IMG/VR virus record: IMGVR_UViG_3300032266_000499
Coordinates: 1 to 26,073 of that record
Reading direction: 5' to 3' (one strand)
DNA length: 26,073 nucleotides
Origin: a virus
Taxonomy: Duplodnaviria > Caudoviricetes
Part shown: positions 8,750 to 17,693 of the stretch, piece by piece
Layout: every line of letters begins with the position of its first letter
Position numbering within the stretch: the stretch's first letter is position 1
The notes under the pieces: model-generated
Database searches by the model: none
Told to the model about the DNA's origin: nothing
What the model saw: only the letters and a program-made list of their open reading frames with translations
Made by a program: the position numbers and the translations under genes

Positions 8750-10989
8750 TGGCTGAAAAACAAATTAATATAGTCATAGGGGCAGATATTGAAAAGCTTC
8801 GCAAAGGTTTTGACGATGCCGTTAAGGTTGTCGGTGCTAGTGGCAAAAAGATTTCATCTGAGATGGACGCTGTTACAAAGTCTATTGAAAAAGATTTTGA
8901 AAGAATTGCCAATTCGCCATCTACAAAAAGAACAGTTACCCAGTTGCAAAATTTGGCTCTTAAAGTTCAGGCTCTCGGGCCTGAGTTTCAAGATATGTCG
9001 AATAAAATAATTCAAGCAGCGGGTAAAATTAAAGACAAGGTTGCAGATGCAGGCGCTCAAATAACTTATTTTGCATCGGACACTAGAAGGATTGACGCAG
9101 TTATTTCAGGAGCGCAGGGAGTAGCGGGGGCATTTGGAATTGCTACCGGTGCAGCGGCATTGTTTGGAAATAAGAATGAGGATCTACAAAAAACAATTGC
9201 AAAAGTTCAGGGCGCCCTTGCGTTAATGCAAGGAATTCAAGCTGTACAAAATGTACTTCAAAAAGAGTCGGCATTTATGACCGGGTTAAACGCAGCGGCT
9301 CAGCAAATTTTAGCCATTAAAACTTATGCTGCAGCGTCGGCAATGAATGCTTTTAAAGTTGCAGCCGCAGCTACAGGAATCGGAGCTATTGTCGCATTGG
9401 TTGTATCGTTAGCGTCCGCGTTTTTTGATACTGCAGAAAATACCGACAAGGCAAAGAAATCACAAAAAGACTACAATCAAGAGCTTGCAGATTTCAGAAA
9501 AGAAAGAGAACAATTAACTCTTGGCGAGGAAAAATATACAAGAAAACAATTAGCGGAAGTTAATAAAAGATTAAAATCTGGCAAAGATGAGGTTATTAAA
9601 ATTCAAGCAGATCAAGCCGAAACTTTAAAAGCTGAAAAGGCATTTGGATTTGAATTATCTGGCGAATTAAAAAAACAAAGAGAAGATAGACTTGCGGCGC
9701 TAACATTATTAAACGAACAATTAGCAGTTGATCAATTAAAACTTCAAGCTAAAATTTCTCAAATTGATGAACAGGGAGCAAATAAGCAAAAAACAATTGC
9801 AGACAACGCAGCAAAGGCAAAATTAAAAACAAAACAAGAAAATCTTCAAGGCGAATTTGATTTAAGGGTTTCGGATTTAAAACTTGCCGAAAGCAATGCG
9901 CTTCAACTTGCAAAAACTGAATCTGAAAAAGCAACTATAGCAACCACTTTTGCAAATAAAATTTTAGACGCTAAGGCCAATTATTTAATAGCACAGGAAA
10001 AATTAAGAACAGCCGAAGAAAAAAACGAAAATTTACTAGCTCAAAATTTGGCAATTATCGACAATGAAATACTTGTTAATAACAATAATTTATCGGATAA
10101 ATTAAAAGCGCTAGGTGAAAAAGATAAAGACAATAATAAGAAATTAATTGAAGATGCTGAGAAATTAAAGCAGGATAATGCAAACTTTGTTGATAAGGCA
10201 AATAAAAATGAACTTGATGCGATTGCAAATTTTTATCAAGAAAAAGAAAATCAAGCGACTCGTGACTTTCAAAATGGATTATTAACTGAGAAACAATATA
10301 GTCTAGCTATTTTGCAAATTCAATTGCAAAGAGCAAAGAATACACTTCAAGCGTTAAGGGATAACGGGCAAACCAATACTGCGGAAGTTGAAAAACAAAT
10401 TCTTGATTTACAAGCAAAGGTTAATGAAGGATTAAAAGGTGTTGACGAAATAACTAAGAAATTTAATGATTCAATCAATAGCGCATTTCAAGCAATGTCG
10501 CAGGGAGGATTTGAGGGTATAGGGAAAGCTCTTGGCGATTCAATAAGTTCGGGCGCATCTTTTATGGACTCAGCTTTTAAAGTTGTTTTAAGCTCAATTG
10601 CGGGCTTTATTGAGGCATACGGTAAGGCGATGATTGCTTATGGCGTGGCTAAGCTTGCGCTAGAAACAGCATTTGCTTCATTTAATCCAGTGCTAGCGAT
10701 TGCCGCAGGTGTTACATTGGTGGCCGCTGCGACACTTGTAAGGAATACAGAGATGGGCGGAGTTAAGGCATTTGCTGATGGCGGTATTGTTAGCGGTCCA
10801 ACATTGGGACTTATGGGTGAATATCCTGGAGCCTCTTCAAATCCCGAGGTCATTGCGCCATTATCAAAGTTGCAGGGAATGCTAGATACAAGCGGAGGAA
10901 GTTTTCCTGCATTTTTAGAGACGAGATTTGACGGCAGAGATTTATATTTGGCAGTAAAAAAATACGAAAGGGATTCAAAACGTGGCTAG
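8749..10989 (+). CDS. Tape measure protein
   Basis: 746 aa, Ala/Lys/Glu-rich helical with hydrophobic stretches; C-terminal 'FADGGIVSGPTLGLMGE...PEVIAPL' motif. Confidence 0.9.
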   Translation: MAEKQINIVIGADIEKLRKGFDDAVKVVGASGKKISSEMDAVTKSIEKDFERIANSPSTKRTVTQLQNLALKVQALGPEFQDMSNKIIQAAGKIKDKVADAGAQITYFASDTRRIDAVISGAQGVAGAFGIATGAAALFGNKNEDLQKTIAKVQGALALMQGIQAVQNVLQKESAFMTGLNAAAQQILAIKTYAAASAMNAFKVAAAATGIGAIVALVVSLASAFFDTAENTDKAKKSQKDYNQELADFRKEREQLTLGEEKYTRKQLAEVNKRLKSGKDEVIKIQADQAETLKAEKAFGFELSGELKKQREDRLAALTLLNEQLAVDQLKLQAKISQIDEQGANKQKTIADNAAKAKLKTKQENLQGEFDLRVSDLKLAESNALQLAKTESEKATIATTFANKILDAKANYLIAQEKLRTAEEKNENLLAQNLAIIDNEILVNNNNLSDKLKALGEKDKDNNKKLIEDAEKLKQDNANFVDKANKNELDAIANFYQEKENQATRDFQNGLLTEKQYSLAILQIQLQRAKNTLQALRDNGQTNTAEVEKQILDLQAKVNEGLKGVDEITKKFNDSINSAFQAMSQGGFEGIGKALGDSISSGASFMDSAFKVVLSSIAGFIEAYGKAMIAYGVAKLALETAFASFNPVLAIAAGVTLVAAATLVRNTEMGGVKAFADGGIVSGPTLGLMGEYPGASSNPEVIAPLSKLQGMLDTSGGSFPAFLETRFDGRDLYLAVKKYERDSKRG

Positions 10990-13291
10990 AAAATATTGGG
11001 GTGAATTTACATCCGTTGCAAATGTTAATTATAAGGTTGAGATATGGGATGCTCCAACTGGAAGCGGTACCGGTGGCACTGAATTAAGACTTGTAAATGA
11101 AGGAATCCGAATTGAGAGGCAAGGTCAAGGCGATACTCTATTTGAAAATATAGTTAAGAAATCAAAGGCATCAGCATTTTTTGCAATAGACAATAATACA
11201 GATGCAACGTATTTCGAGAATATGGCAACAGACGGCGAAGGCAGTCATGCAATGATCATCTATAAAAATAATTCTGTTATTTGGATAGGTCGAGTATTAA
11301 GTGATTTATTCCAGTGGCAGAGATCAGCAGTGCAGGCAAATCGTATTTATGAGATTACTTCCGTTGACACTCTTTCATTGTTGGATAATTACAATATTCA
11401 AAACGCATGGTTTACAGATGGCAAAATTACTTTATTGCATTTAATTACATCCATTTTAAAGGTTACTGAATTAGATGCGTATTGGAGTGTAGTAAGCCGC
11501 ACAGGTTATTTTGTCGCCGACGCAATGTTTACTTATGAAAATACTTCAGGCTCAAATTATAGACTTCCAAGGTTTCGTATTAATGCGACAAGCTTAATTC
11601 AAAACTATGATCCTGCGTTTACTACAAATCAAATAAGTGATGACGAAAATATTAATAATATAAGTTGTTTAAAAGCGCTTGAAAAAGTACTAGGGAATTT
11701 TGCTGCGTATATTATTTTAGAGAATGGAATGTTTTTTATACATCAATATTCAGCATATATAAGTTCAATAATTTACGATACATATTCGACAACAGAAACA
11801 CTTACTGCGACTAACACAGTAATAATTCACGAGCATACAATAAGTAATTCAGCACGTCCATTTCTTGAAGCTTTCCCAACTCATTCCTACCAACCTGCAA
11901 TTAAAAAAATAAATCTGACTACTACAAAAGCAGTTAGCAAAAAAGTTGCAAAGCCTTGGAGGTTGCCTTGGAACGATACTCTTTTAAGTATTGGGCCAGT
12001 GACAATGACCGAGGGTAAATCTATAAAGTTTAATTATTATTTAAGATTTCAACCGGATTACAATTTAACATATTTTGTACTTTTTGTTGCATTTGCAGTT
12101 AAAAGAAGTACGGGCGATATTTATACATGGAACGGATCTTCTTGGGTTTTAACCACAACGCTTCAATCAACTCGATTAAATATCGATTTACCTTATAGAG
12201 CAGGAGCTGCCGGAGCAAATCCTTTGACGCATGAATATCGTTGGAGTTATAACGTCCCAGATAATTCTTTTATTGGGGAATGTGATTTTTATAGTAGAAT
12301 ATCATTAAGAAAAAATCAAAGTAAAACTTTCGGAGATCCTTGGCCTTTCACTGGATCTATTGCAATTATTCAACAAGCCAATGATAATCTAAAAACATAT
12401 AACAATATTAACAATCCAAAAGCTTCAAAATTTTTAGATTTAAATTCATATTATTACGATGGATTTGGAGCGGATTCAATAGGAAGTATTCAGGTTTATG
12501 ATGACACAAATTTCACATGGAATAACTCGGATTCATGGATTGCTCCCGGTACCGCATCTGGAAGTTTCGAGAATATTTATGTTCAACAAATTTTAGGATT
12601 CTATTCAAAAGCAGTCAAATCGGTAAAGGCAAACGTCCGAGATAATGGAGCTTATAATGGATTAAAAACTTTGTTTTTTGATTCTGCTATTTGGGTAAAT
12701 AATGGATACACATGGAGCGCCATGAGTGAAAATTATGATGGAGAATGGCTCAAATTGTATAAAGATTATACGGCTATTGAAGCGGGAGAGGATGAGTATT
12801 ATAACGATTCAAAAACGCAAAGTGAATTTAGGATTCAGCAACTTGAAACATCAGTTCAGGCAATAAACGGAGCGGCTGGAAATTCTACAGATAATCTTTC
12901 ATTTGATTTATTTGTTAAAAACATTGAAACAATTTCAAGTATTAATACTCTTTACGATGTGGCCGTTCTTTACGATGTGGCAACATCGCTGCCTTTATTT
13001 CAACTCTCAGAAAAAGGCAAACTTATTACATTAACATCCGGCACTCACACAGCAAGCGTTTTGACACCTTCGATATTGTGTAACACAGCCGACGGGGATA
13101 TTACAATCAATCTCCCTGCAGCCAACACTTGCAAGGGTGTAGATTTTTGGTTTAAGAAAACAACTAATCCGCACAAAGTAATTATTAACGGAACAATTGA
13201 CGGACTATCTCATCACGATATTAATAATTTGAACGGCTCAGTTGTTATCGTTTCTGACGGGTCGGTATATTGGATAAAATCGCACTATTGA
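10982..13291 (+). CDS. Tail tip/hub structural protein
   Basis: 769 aa directly after the tape measure gene; beta-rich; C-terminal 'ITINLPAA...FWFKKT' fibre-like domain. Confidence 0.65.
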   Translation: MARKYWGEFTSVANVNYKVEIWDAPTGSGTGGTELRLVNEGIRIERQGQGDTLFENIVKKSKASAFFAIDNNTDATYFENMATDGEGSHAMIIYKNNSVIWIGRVLSDLFQWQRSAVQANRIYEITSVDTLSLLDNYNIQNAWFTDGKITLLHLITSILKVTELDAYWSVVSRTGYFVADAMFTYENTSGSNYRLPRFRINATSLIQNYDPAFTTNQISDDENINNISCLKALEKVLGNFAAYIILENGMFFIHQYSAYISSIIYDTYSTTETLTATNTVIIHEHTISNSARPFLEAFPTHSYQPAIKKINLTTTKAVSKKVAKPWRLPWNDTLLSIGPVTMTEGKSIKFNYYLRFQPDYNLTYFVLFVAFAVKRSTGDIYTWNGSSWVLTTTLQSTRLNIDLPYRAGAAGANPLTHEYRWSYNVPDNSFIGECDFYSRISLRKNQSKTFGDPWPFTGSIAIIQQANDNLKTYNNINNPKASKFLDLNSYYYDGFGADSIGSIQVYDDTNFTWNNSDSWIAPGTASGSFENIYVQQILGFYSKAVKSVKANVRDNGAYNGLKTLFFDSAIWVNNGYTWSAMSENYDGEWLKLYKDYTAIEAGEDEYYNDSKTQSEFRIQQLETSVQAINGAAGNSTDNLSFDLFVKNIETISSINTLYDVAVLYDVATSLPLFQLSEKGKLITLTSGTHTASVLTPSILCNTADGDITINLPAANTCKGVDFWFKKTTNPHKVIINGTIDGLSHHDINNLNGSVVIVSDGSVYWIKSHY
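12949..12981 (+). repeat. 15-bp perfect direct repeat with 18-bp period, in frame (LYDVA x2)
   Basis: TCTTTACGATGTGGC at 12949 and 12967. Confidence 0.85.
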
Positions 13292-13294
13292 TAT

Positions 13295-13330
13295 TTGTAA
13301 CAAAGCGAAACGGCAAAAGATTTACTTTTG
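13295..13330 (+). promoter_or_regulatory. Putative late promoter 4 (fibre/lysis module)
   Basis: TTGTAACAAA-N18-TACTTTTG-N4-ATG. Confidence 0.72.
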
Positions 13331-13334
13331 AAAT

Positions 13335-13673
13335 ATGGCAAGTGTTATTTATAAAGGCGAAGATGCTGTTATTGTTATTGATTTAGACACGGTTGTATTT
13401 TCTGCCTTAAATGATGTTTATGTCGGTATTAATATTGGCGGTAAATTAGTAAAGACTTATAAGAAATCTTTAAGCACTGTTGTCGCTGTATCTGGCGACG
13501 TCAATCAATGCAAGTTTAAAATTTTAAGAACTGATTCTCAAAATTGGGGGAATGGAATGTTAGCTTTAGTTGTGACATTGGTATTCAATGATGCTGATTT
13601 TCCTCTTGGAAAGCATGTTGTATTTGAAAATAATATTGTTGAATTAGCGACATCCACTACAAGCGAGTTATGA
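13335..13673 (+). CDS. Putative baseplate/fibre-anchoring structural protein
   Basis: 112 aa beta-rich 'IYKGED...'; first gene of the fibre module; function inferred from position. Confidence 0.55.
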   Translation: MASVIYKGEDAVIVIDLDTVVFSALNDVYVGINIGGKLVKTYKKSLSTVVAVSGDVNQCKFKILRTDSQNWGNGMLALVVTLVFNDADFPLGKHVVFENNIVELATSTTSEL

Positions 13674-14842
13674 ATATAACAATTTATTTTCCGGTTAATG
13701 ATTCAACAGTTGTAACTGTTTTAGAAAAAGGCGTTTTGTTTGGAGTGCAGGGCGCTCAAGGTGTTGGTGTTCCAACCGGGGGCGTAAAAGATTATATACT
13801 TTCTAAAAAATCAAATGCGGATTTTGATTTTGACTGGGTCCCTAATTCAGGCGGCGGCGGTGGTGCAGTAAATTCTGTAAATGGGAAAACTGGAGTTGTC
13901 GTTTTAGTTAAGGGGGATATTGGTTTGGGATCAGTCGACAATACGAGTGATGCAAATAAGCCAGTAAGTACGGCTCAACAAACTGCGTTAAATTTAAAAG
14001 AAAATACAATTACTGCGGGTACAACGGCTCAATATTATCGAGGGGATAAGATATTCCAGACACTTGACAAAGCTGCCGTAGGTCTTGGAAACGTCGATAA
14101 TACAAGTGATGTAAACAAACCTATTTCAAGCGCAACACAAACTGCACTGGATGGAAAGGTTGACAAAAATACAGCCATTACAGGAGCAACAAAAACAAAA
14201 ATAACATACGATTCAAAAGGACTTGTAACGGCTGGTGCAGATGCAACAACAGTCGACATTGCAGATAGTAGTAATAAAAGATATGTAACCGATGCACAAT
14301 TAGTTGTTATTGCAAATACAAGTGGTACAAATACGGGTGACAATGCAACCAATTCTCAATATTCTGGCTTGGCTGCAAGTAAGCAAGACGTTTTAGGATT
14401 TACCCCTGAGAACGTTGCCAATAAGTCTACAAGTGTTGATACAGACCAAGCTTCAAACACAAAATACCCAAGCGTTAAGGCTGTCTATGATTGGGCAGTG
14501 GGATTGTTTGCGACTATTTCAAACCTTGCTTTAAAGACCGATAAAAAAGTTGTTAGAAATCGCCAAACCGCTTCATATACTTTGGTAGTTGGTGACAAGG
14601 ATAAATTAGTAGAGATGAACGTCGCAAGTGCAAATAATTTAACCGTTCCCGCTTCGATTTTTGCAGATGGAGATCAGATACTTTTAGCTCAGTATGGGGC
14701 AGGTCAAACAACGGTGGTTGCAGGTTCAGGAATGACAATTCGCAGCAACGGTGGTAAATTAAAATTAAACGTGCAATATTCGGGAGCCAGTTTAGTTTTT
14801 GTTAGTGCAACTGAGGCTTATTTATTCGGAGATATAGCATAA
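13670..14842 (+). CDS. Tail fibre protein with phage-tail repeats
   Basis: 'VNSVNGKTG', two 'GLG(S/N)VDNTSD.NKP(V/I)S' repeats, 'KITYDSKGLVT', Gly hinge. Confidence 0.8.
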   Translation: MNITIYFPVNDSTVVTVLEKGVLFGVQGAQGVGVPTGGVKDYILSKKSNADFDFDWVPNSGGGGGAVNSVNGKTGVVVLVKGDIGLGSVDNTSDANKPVSTAQQTALNLKENTITAGTTAQYYRGDKIFQTLDKAAVGLGNVDNTSDVNKPISSATQTALDGKVDKNTAITGATKTKITYDSKGLVTAGADATTVDIADSSNKRYVTDAQLVVIANTSGTNTGDNATNSQYSGLAASKQDVLGFTPENVANKSTSVDTDQASNTKYPSVKAVYDWAVGLFATISNLALKTDKKVVRNRQTASYTLVVGDKDKLVEMNVASANNLTVPASIFADGDQILLAQYGAGQTTVVAGSGMTIRSNGGKLKLNVQYSGASLVFVSATEAYLFGDIA

Positions 14843-15603
14843 TGATTTTAGCGACACACGGAATAGTGCAAAGTTCAGGTGCTTTTGATGCAAGTTATCA
14901 AGCAGTTTTAAACTATGCTACAAGTTTAGGTTATACTTTGCCTGGTACGACACAAAGAGTAAAACAAAACAAACTTGTTGTTGATTTAAAAGCGGCAGGT
15001 ATATGGCAAAAATTAGATACGTTTGCAGTTTTTGCAACAGATGGAAGTTCAAATTTTGCGTTAATTGATTGGAAAAAATTATCACTTTATACATCAGTTA
15101 ATAGTCCAACATTTACAACAAATGGTGGTTTTACGGGTAACAGCACAAGTAGTTATATTGATACAAATTTTAATTTATCAATAGGCACAAATAATTATAA
15201 ATTAAACGATGCTGGTCGTTTTGCTTGGGTTGATAACATAGGTGCAAATACTCAAATAGATGGGACGAGTACTGCAAGAAATATTATGAGTGCATCGAAT
15301 GCAGTAAATTCTATTAGAATCAATCAAGATACTACATCACAAAATATTTCTGTCAATTTAACGGGTGTTGGATTCAAAGCTGGAAATAGAATTGACGCAT
15401 CGAGTTGTGTAATTTTTAATAATACAACTAGAACAGATACTACGTCTGTAAGTGTTATTATAAGTAATGCAAATCAATGGCTTTTAAGACAAAGTGCAAA
15501 TTATGGTAACTCAAGAATACGATTCTATGCAGTAGGAAGTTCATTAGTTACTGAAAACACGGCATTTTATAACGCAGTCAATACTTATATAACATCATTA
15601 TGA
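14842..15603 (+). CDS. Putative receptor-binding/virion protein
   Basis: 253 aa, Ser/Thr/Asn-rich and beta-rich; adjacent to the fibre gene. Confidence 0.55.
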   Translation: MILATHGIVQSSGAFDASYQAVLNYATSLGYTLPGTTQRVKQNKLVVDLKAAGIWQKLDTFAVFATDGSSNFALIDWKKLSLYTSVNSPTFTTNGGFTGNSTSSYIDTNFNLSIGTNNYKLNDAGRFAWVDNIGANTQIDGTSTARNIMSASNAVNSIRINQDTTSQNISVNLTGVGFKAGNRIDASSCVIFNNTTRTDTTSVSVIISNANQWLLRQSANYGNSRIRFYAVGSSLVTENTAFYNAVNTYITSL

Positions 15604-15806
15604 TAATCGTACTACATCCAAATACAATCCAATACAACGCATTAAACGGCTATAAAAACAATACATCCGAATTATTATTTGTGTTGGATGGTAGCAATAG
15701 ATACATAGTAGGGTTAGAAGTTTTAAACGATGCTAATTTTACAGAAATACACGATCAATTAAACGAATTAGAACGAATAGAATATACACCAAATGAAGAA
15801 CTTTAA
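15600..15806 (+). CDS. Hypothetical protein (possible fibre-associated)
   Basis: 68 aa, ATGA-coupled to the upstream gene. Confidence 0.6.
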   Translation: MIIVLHPNTIQYNALNGYKNNTSELLFVLDGSNRYIVGLEVLNDANFTEIHDQLNELERIEYTPNEEL

Positions 15807-15966
15807 CGATACAACCGCAGAAGCTATAATGACAGCTACAATGATTAGTACTTTTACTCATTATGCAACATTATTGCAACCACTTGTTTCAATTACGGCG
15901 GGATTAATTGCAATTGTTTCGGGAATATTTGCAATACGTTATTACTATTTAAAATCAAAACAATGA
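15793..15966 (+). CDS. Small membrane protein (holin/antiholin candidate), missing from the ORF track (57 aa)
   Basis: MKNFNDTTAEAIMTATMISTFTHYATLLQPLVSITAGLIAIVSGIFAIRYYYLKSKQ*; transmembrane segment plus basic tail; ATGA-coupled to the next ORF. Confidence 0.7.
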   Translation: MKNFNDTTAEAIMTATMISTFTHYATLLQPLVSITAGLIAIVSGIFAIRYYYLKSKQ

Positions 15967-16148
15967 GATTGAAAGGATATTTTCAACCAACACCAAAAAG
16001 ATTTAGAGTATTGGGTGACAGTATCGCCGCTATGTCTTTATTTATTGCATCTCAAAACTTAGACAATCCAAAATTAATGATCATTATTGGAGTGTTGGGT
16101 GGTGTTGGGAAATTTATAACTAACTTTTTTACGAATGAAGTTAAATAA
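15963..16148 (+). CDS. Putative holin (two hydrophobic segments)
   Basis: 61 aa; basic N-terminus 'PTPKRFR' then two hydrophobic helices. Confidence 0.55.
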   Translation: MRLKGYFQPTPKRFRVLGDSIAAMSLFIASQNLDNPKLMIIIGVLGGVGKFITNFFTNEVK

Positions 16149-16395
16149 TATAGGTTGGATTTTATTTTTTTTAATGGTGGGAATTTTTATTTTCAAGCCA
16201 GTTCATAAAGATTCAATGATTATTAAAACTGATTCATTCTATATCAAAAAAACAGATTCATTTTATATAACTCAAAAAAAAATAATTAAAAAATATGATA
16301 CGTTATATATTCATTTTGTTGATAGTCCTTTCAGTACCTATTTGCTCAAGCGCTCAATCAATATCCATCGACAGCTCGACATTAAAGGATTGTAA
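16135..16395 (+). CDS. N-terminally membrane-anchored protein (spanin-like candidate)
   Basis: N-terminal hydrophobic segment; internal KTDSFYI duplication; overlaps the next ORF by 101 bp. Confidence 0.5.
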   Translation: MKLNNIGWILFFLMVGIFIFKPVHKDSMIIKTDSFYIKKTDSFYITQKKIIKKYDTLYIHFVDSPFSTYLLKRSINIHRQLDIKGL

Positions 16396-16615
16396 TTATT
16401 ATTTAATTAAAGGCGCCAAGGCTAGAGAATTATTGGGCGCTTATAAACTCCAACGTAAAACTGACAGCGCTCAGATTGTTCTATTAGATTCAACAATTAC
16501 AGATCTACAATTTGGCATTTGTGAAGTCGATCAAGAAAATAAAAAAATCAAAGAACGATTTTTGACAGTCACAATTTATTCAATTTTAATCACAATTTTT
16601 TACCTCTTCAAATGA
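16295..16615 (+). CDS. Secreted protein with C-terminal membrane anchor (spanin-like candidate)
   Basis: Signal-peptide-like N-terminus ending 'CSSAQ', coiled-coil-like middle, hydrophobic C-terminus. Confidence 0.5.
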   Translation: MIRYIFILLIVLSVPICSSAQSISIDSSTLKDCNYYLIKGAKARELLGAYKLQRKTDSAQIVLLDSTITDLQFGICEVDQENKKIKERFLTVTIYSILITIFYLFK

Positions 16616-17457
16616 AAAATAACGTCCATAAATTTATTGTACCTTTTGAAAATAAAAAGATACTTTTACTCTCAGATTTGCACTGGGACAATCCTCATTG
16701 TGATAGGGTATTATTAAAAAAACATTTAGATGTTGCGTTATCGCAAAGCATTGATATTCAATTAAATGGAGATACGTTCTGCCTTATGCAAGGAGCCTAT
16801 GACCCCCGTAAGAGCAAAGAGGGAATCAGACCAGAACACAACGTAAATAATTACTTAGATGCCGTTGTAAACGATGCAATTGAATGGTTTAAACCTTACG
16901 CACATTTGATTAAAGTTGTTGGGTACGGAAACCATGAAACAAATATTATCAAACGCCAAGAGACAGACGTTATACAACGCTTTGTTTTTGGATTGAATCG
17001 AGAATGTGGCACAGAAATTCAAGCAGGTGGATATGGTGGCTGGATTGTTTACCAATTTGTAGATGGGATAACAATTCGTAAAGCATTCAAAATAAAATAT
17101 TTTCACGGCAGTGGCGGAGGCGGACCAGTTACGAGGGGCGTAATTCAGTTTAATAGAATGGCAGCTTTTGTTGAGGGTGCGGATATGATTTGGATGGGAC
17201 ACGTTCACGAATGCAATGAGGTTGTTTATACAAATGAATTTTTAAATAGAAATAATAGCATAGAACTTCGCAATATTTTGATGGTTAGAACTGCTACTTA
17301 TAAAGAGGAGTATAACAAAGGATTAGGAGGTTGGCATGTGGAGAGAATGTCAACCCCCAAACCGCTCGGAGGACGTTTTTTAGAGCTTTGTCCAGAAAGA
17401 AAAATAATCAAAGGGGTCGATAAAACAACTTTAAATGCATTTACTTACAGAGCTTAA
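16612..17457 (+). CDS. Calcineurin-like metallophosphoesterase
   Basis: All five motifs: SDLH, NGD, GNHE, FHG, GHVH. Confidence 0.9.
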   Translation: MKNNVHKFIVPFENKKILLLSDLHWDNPHCDRVLLKKHLDVALSQSIDIQLNGDTFCLMQGAYDPRKSKEGIRPEHNVNNYLDAVVNDAIEWFKPYAHLIKVVGYGNHETNIIKRQETDVIQRFVFGLNRECGTEIQAGGYGGWIVYQFVDGITIRKAFKIKYFHGSGGGGPVTRGVIQFNRMAAFVEGADMIWMGHVHECNEVVYTNEFLNRNNSIELRNILMVRTATYKEEYNKGLGGWHVERMSTPKPLGGRFLELCPERKIIKGVDKTTLNAFTYRA

Positions 17458-17459
17458 CC

Positions 17460-17467
17460 TATATTTG
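17460..17467 (+). promoter_or_regulatory. Bacteroidota -7 element before DUF3310/endolysin
   Basis: TATATTTG-caaa-ATG. Confidence 0.6.
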
Positions 17468-17471
17468 CAAA

Positions 17472-17693
17472 ATGGATAAGATAAACAAACCGGCACATTA
17501 TGAAGGTTCAATTGAATGTATTGAAGCAATTAAAAGCTCAATGAGTAACGAGGCATTTAAAGGATATTTAAAAGGCAACATACAAAAGTACATTTGGCGA
17601 TTTGACAGAAAGGGTGGTGTAGAAGATTTGCAAAAAGCGGAATGGTATTTAAAAAAATTAATCTATGAAACAAGTCCAGGAATATCTCAATAA
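17472..17693 (+). CDS. DUF3310 family protein (T7 gp1.7/SaV-like)
   Basis: 'INKPAHY...IECIEAI...GNIQKYIWR...KGGVEDLQKAEWYL'. Confidence 0.88.
   Translation: MDKINKPAHYEGSIECIEAIKSSMSNEAFKGYLKGNIQKYIWRFDRKGGVEDLQKAEWYLKKLIYETSPGISQ

Noticed and set aside
10943-10950. TATATTTG near the end of the tape measure gene, upstream of the 769-aa gene
   Set aside because: No correctly spaced -33 or TTGTAAC box; may be a chance match in AT-rich coding DNA, though a weak promoter is not excluded
13670-15603. Possible diversity-generating retroelement target or invertible fibre cassette
   Set aside because: No reverse transcriptase, template/variable repeat pair or invertase seen; fibre repeats are ordinary diverged protein repeats
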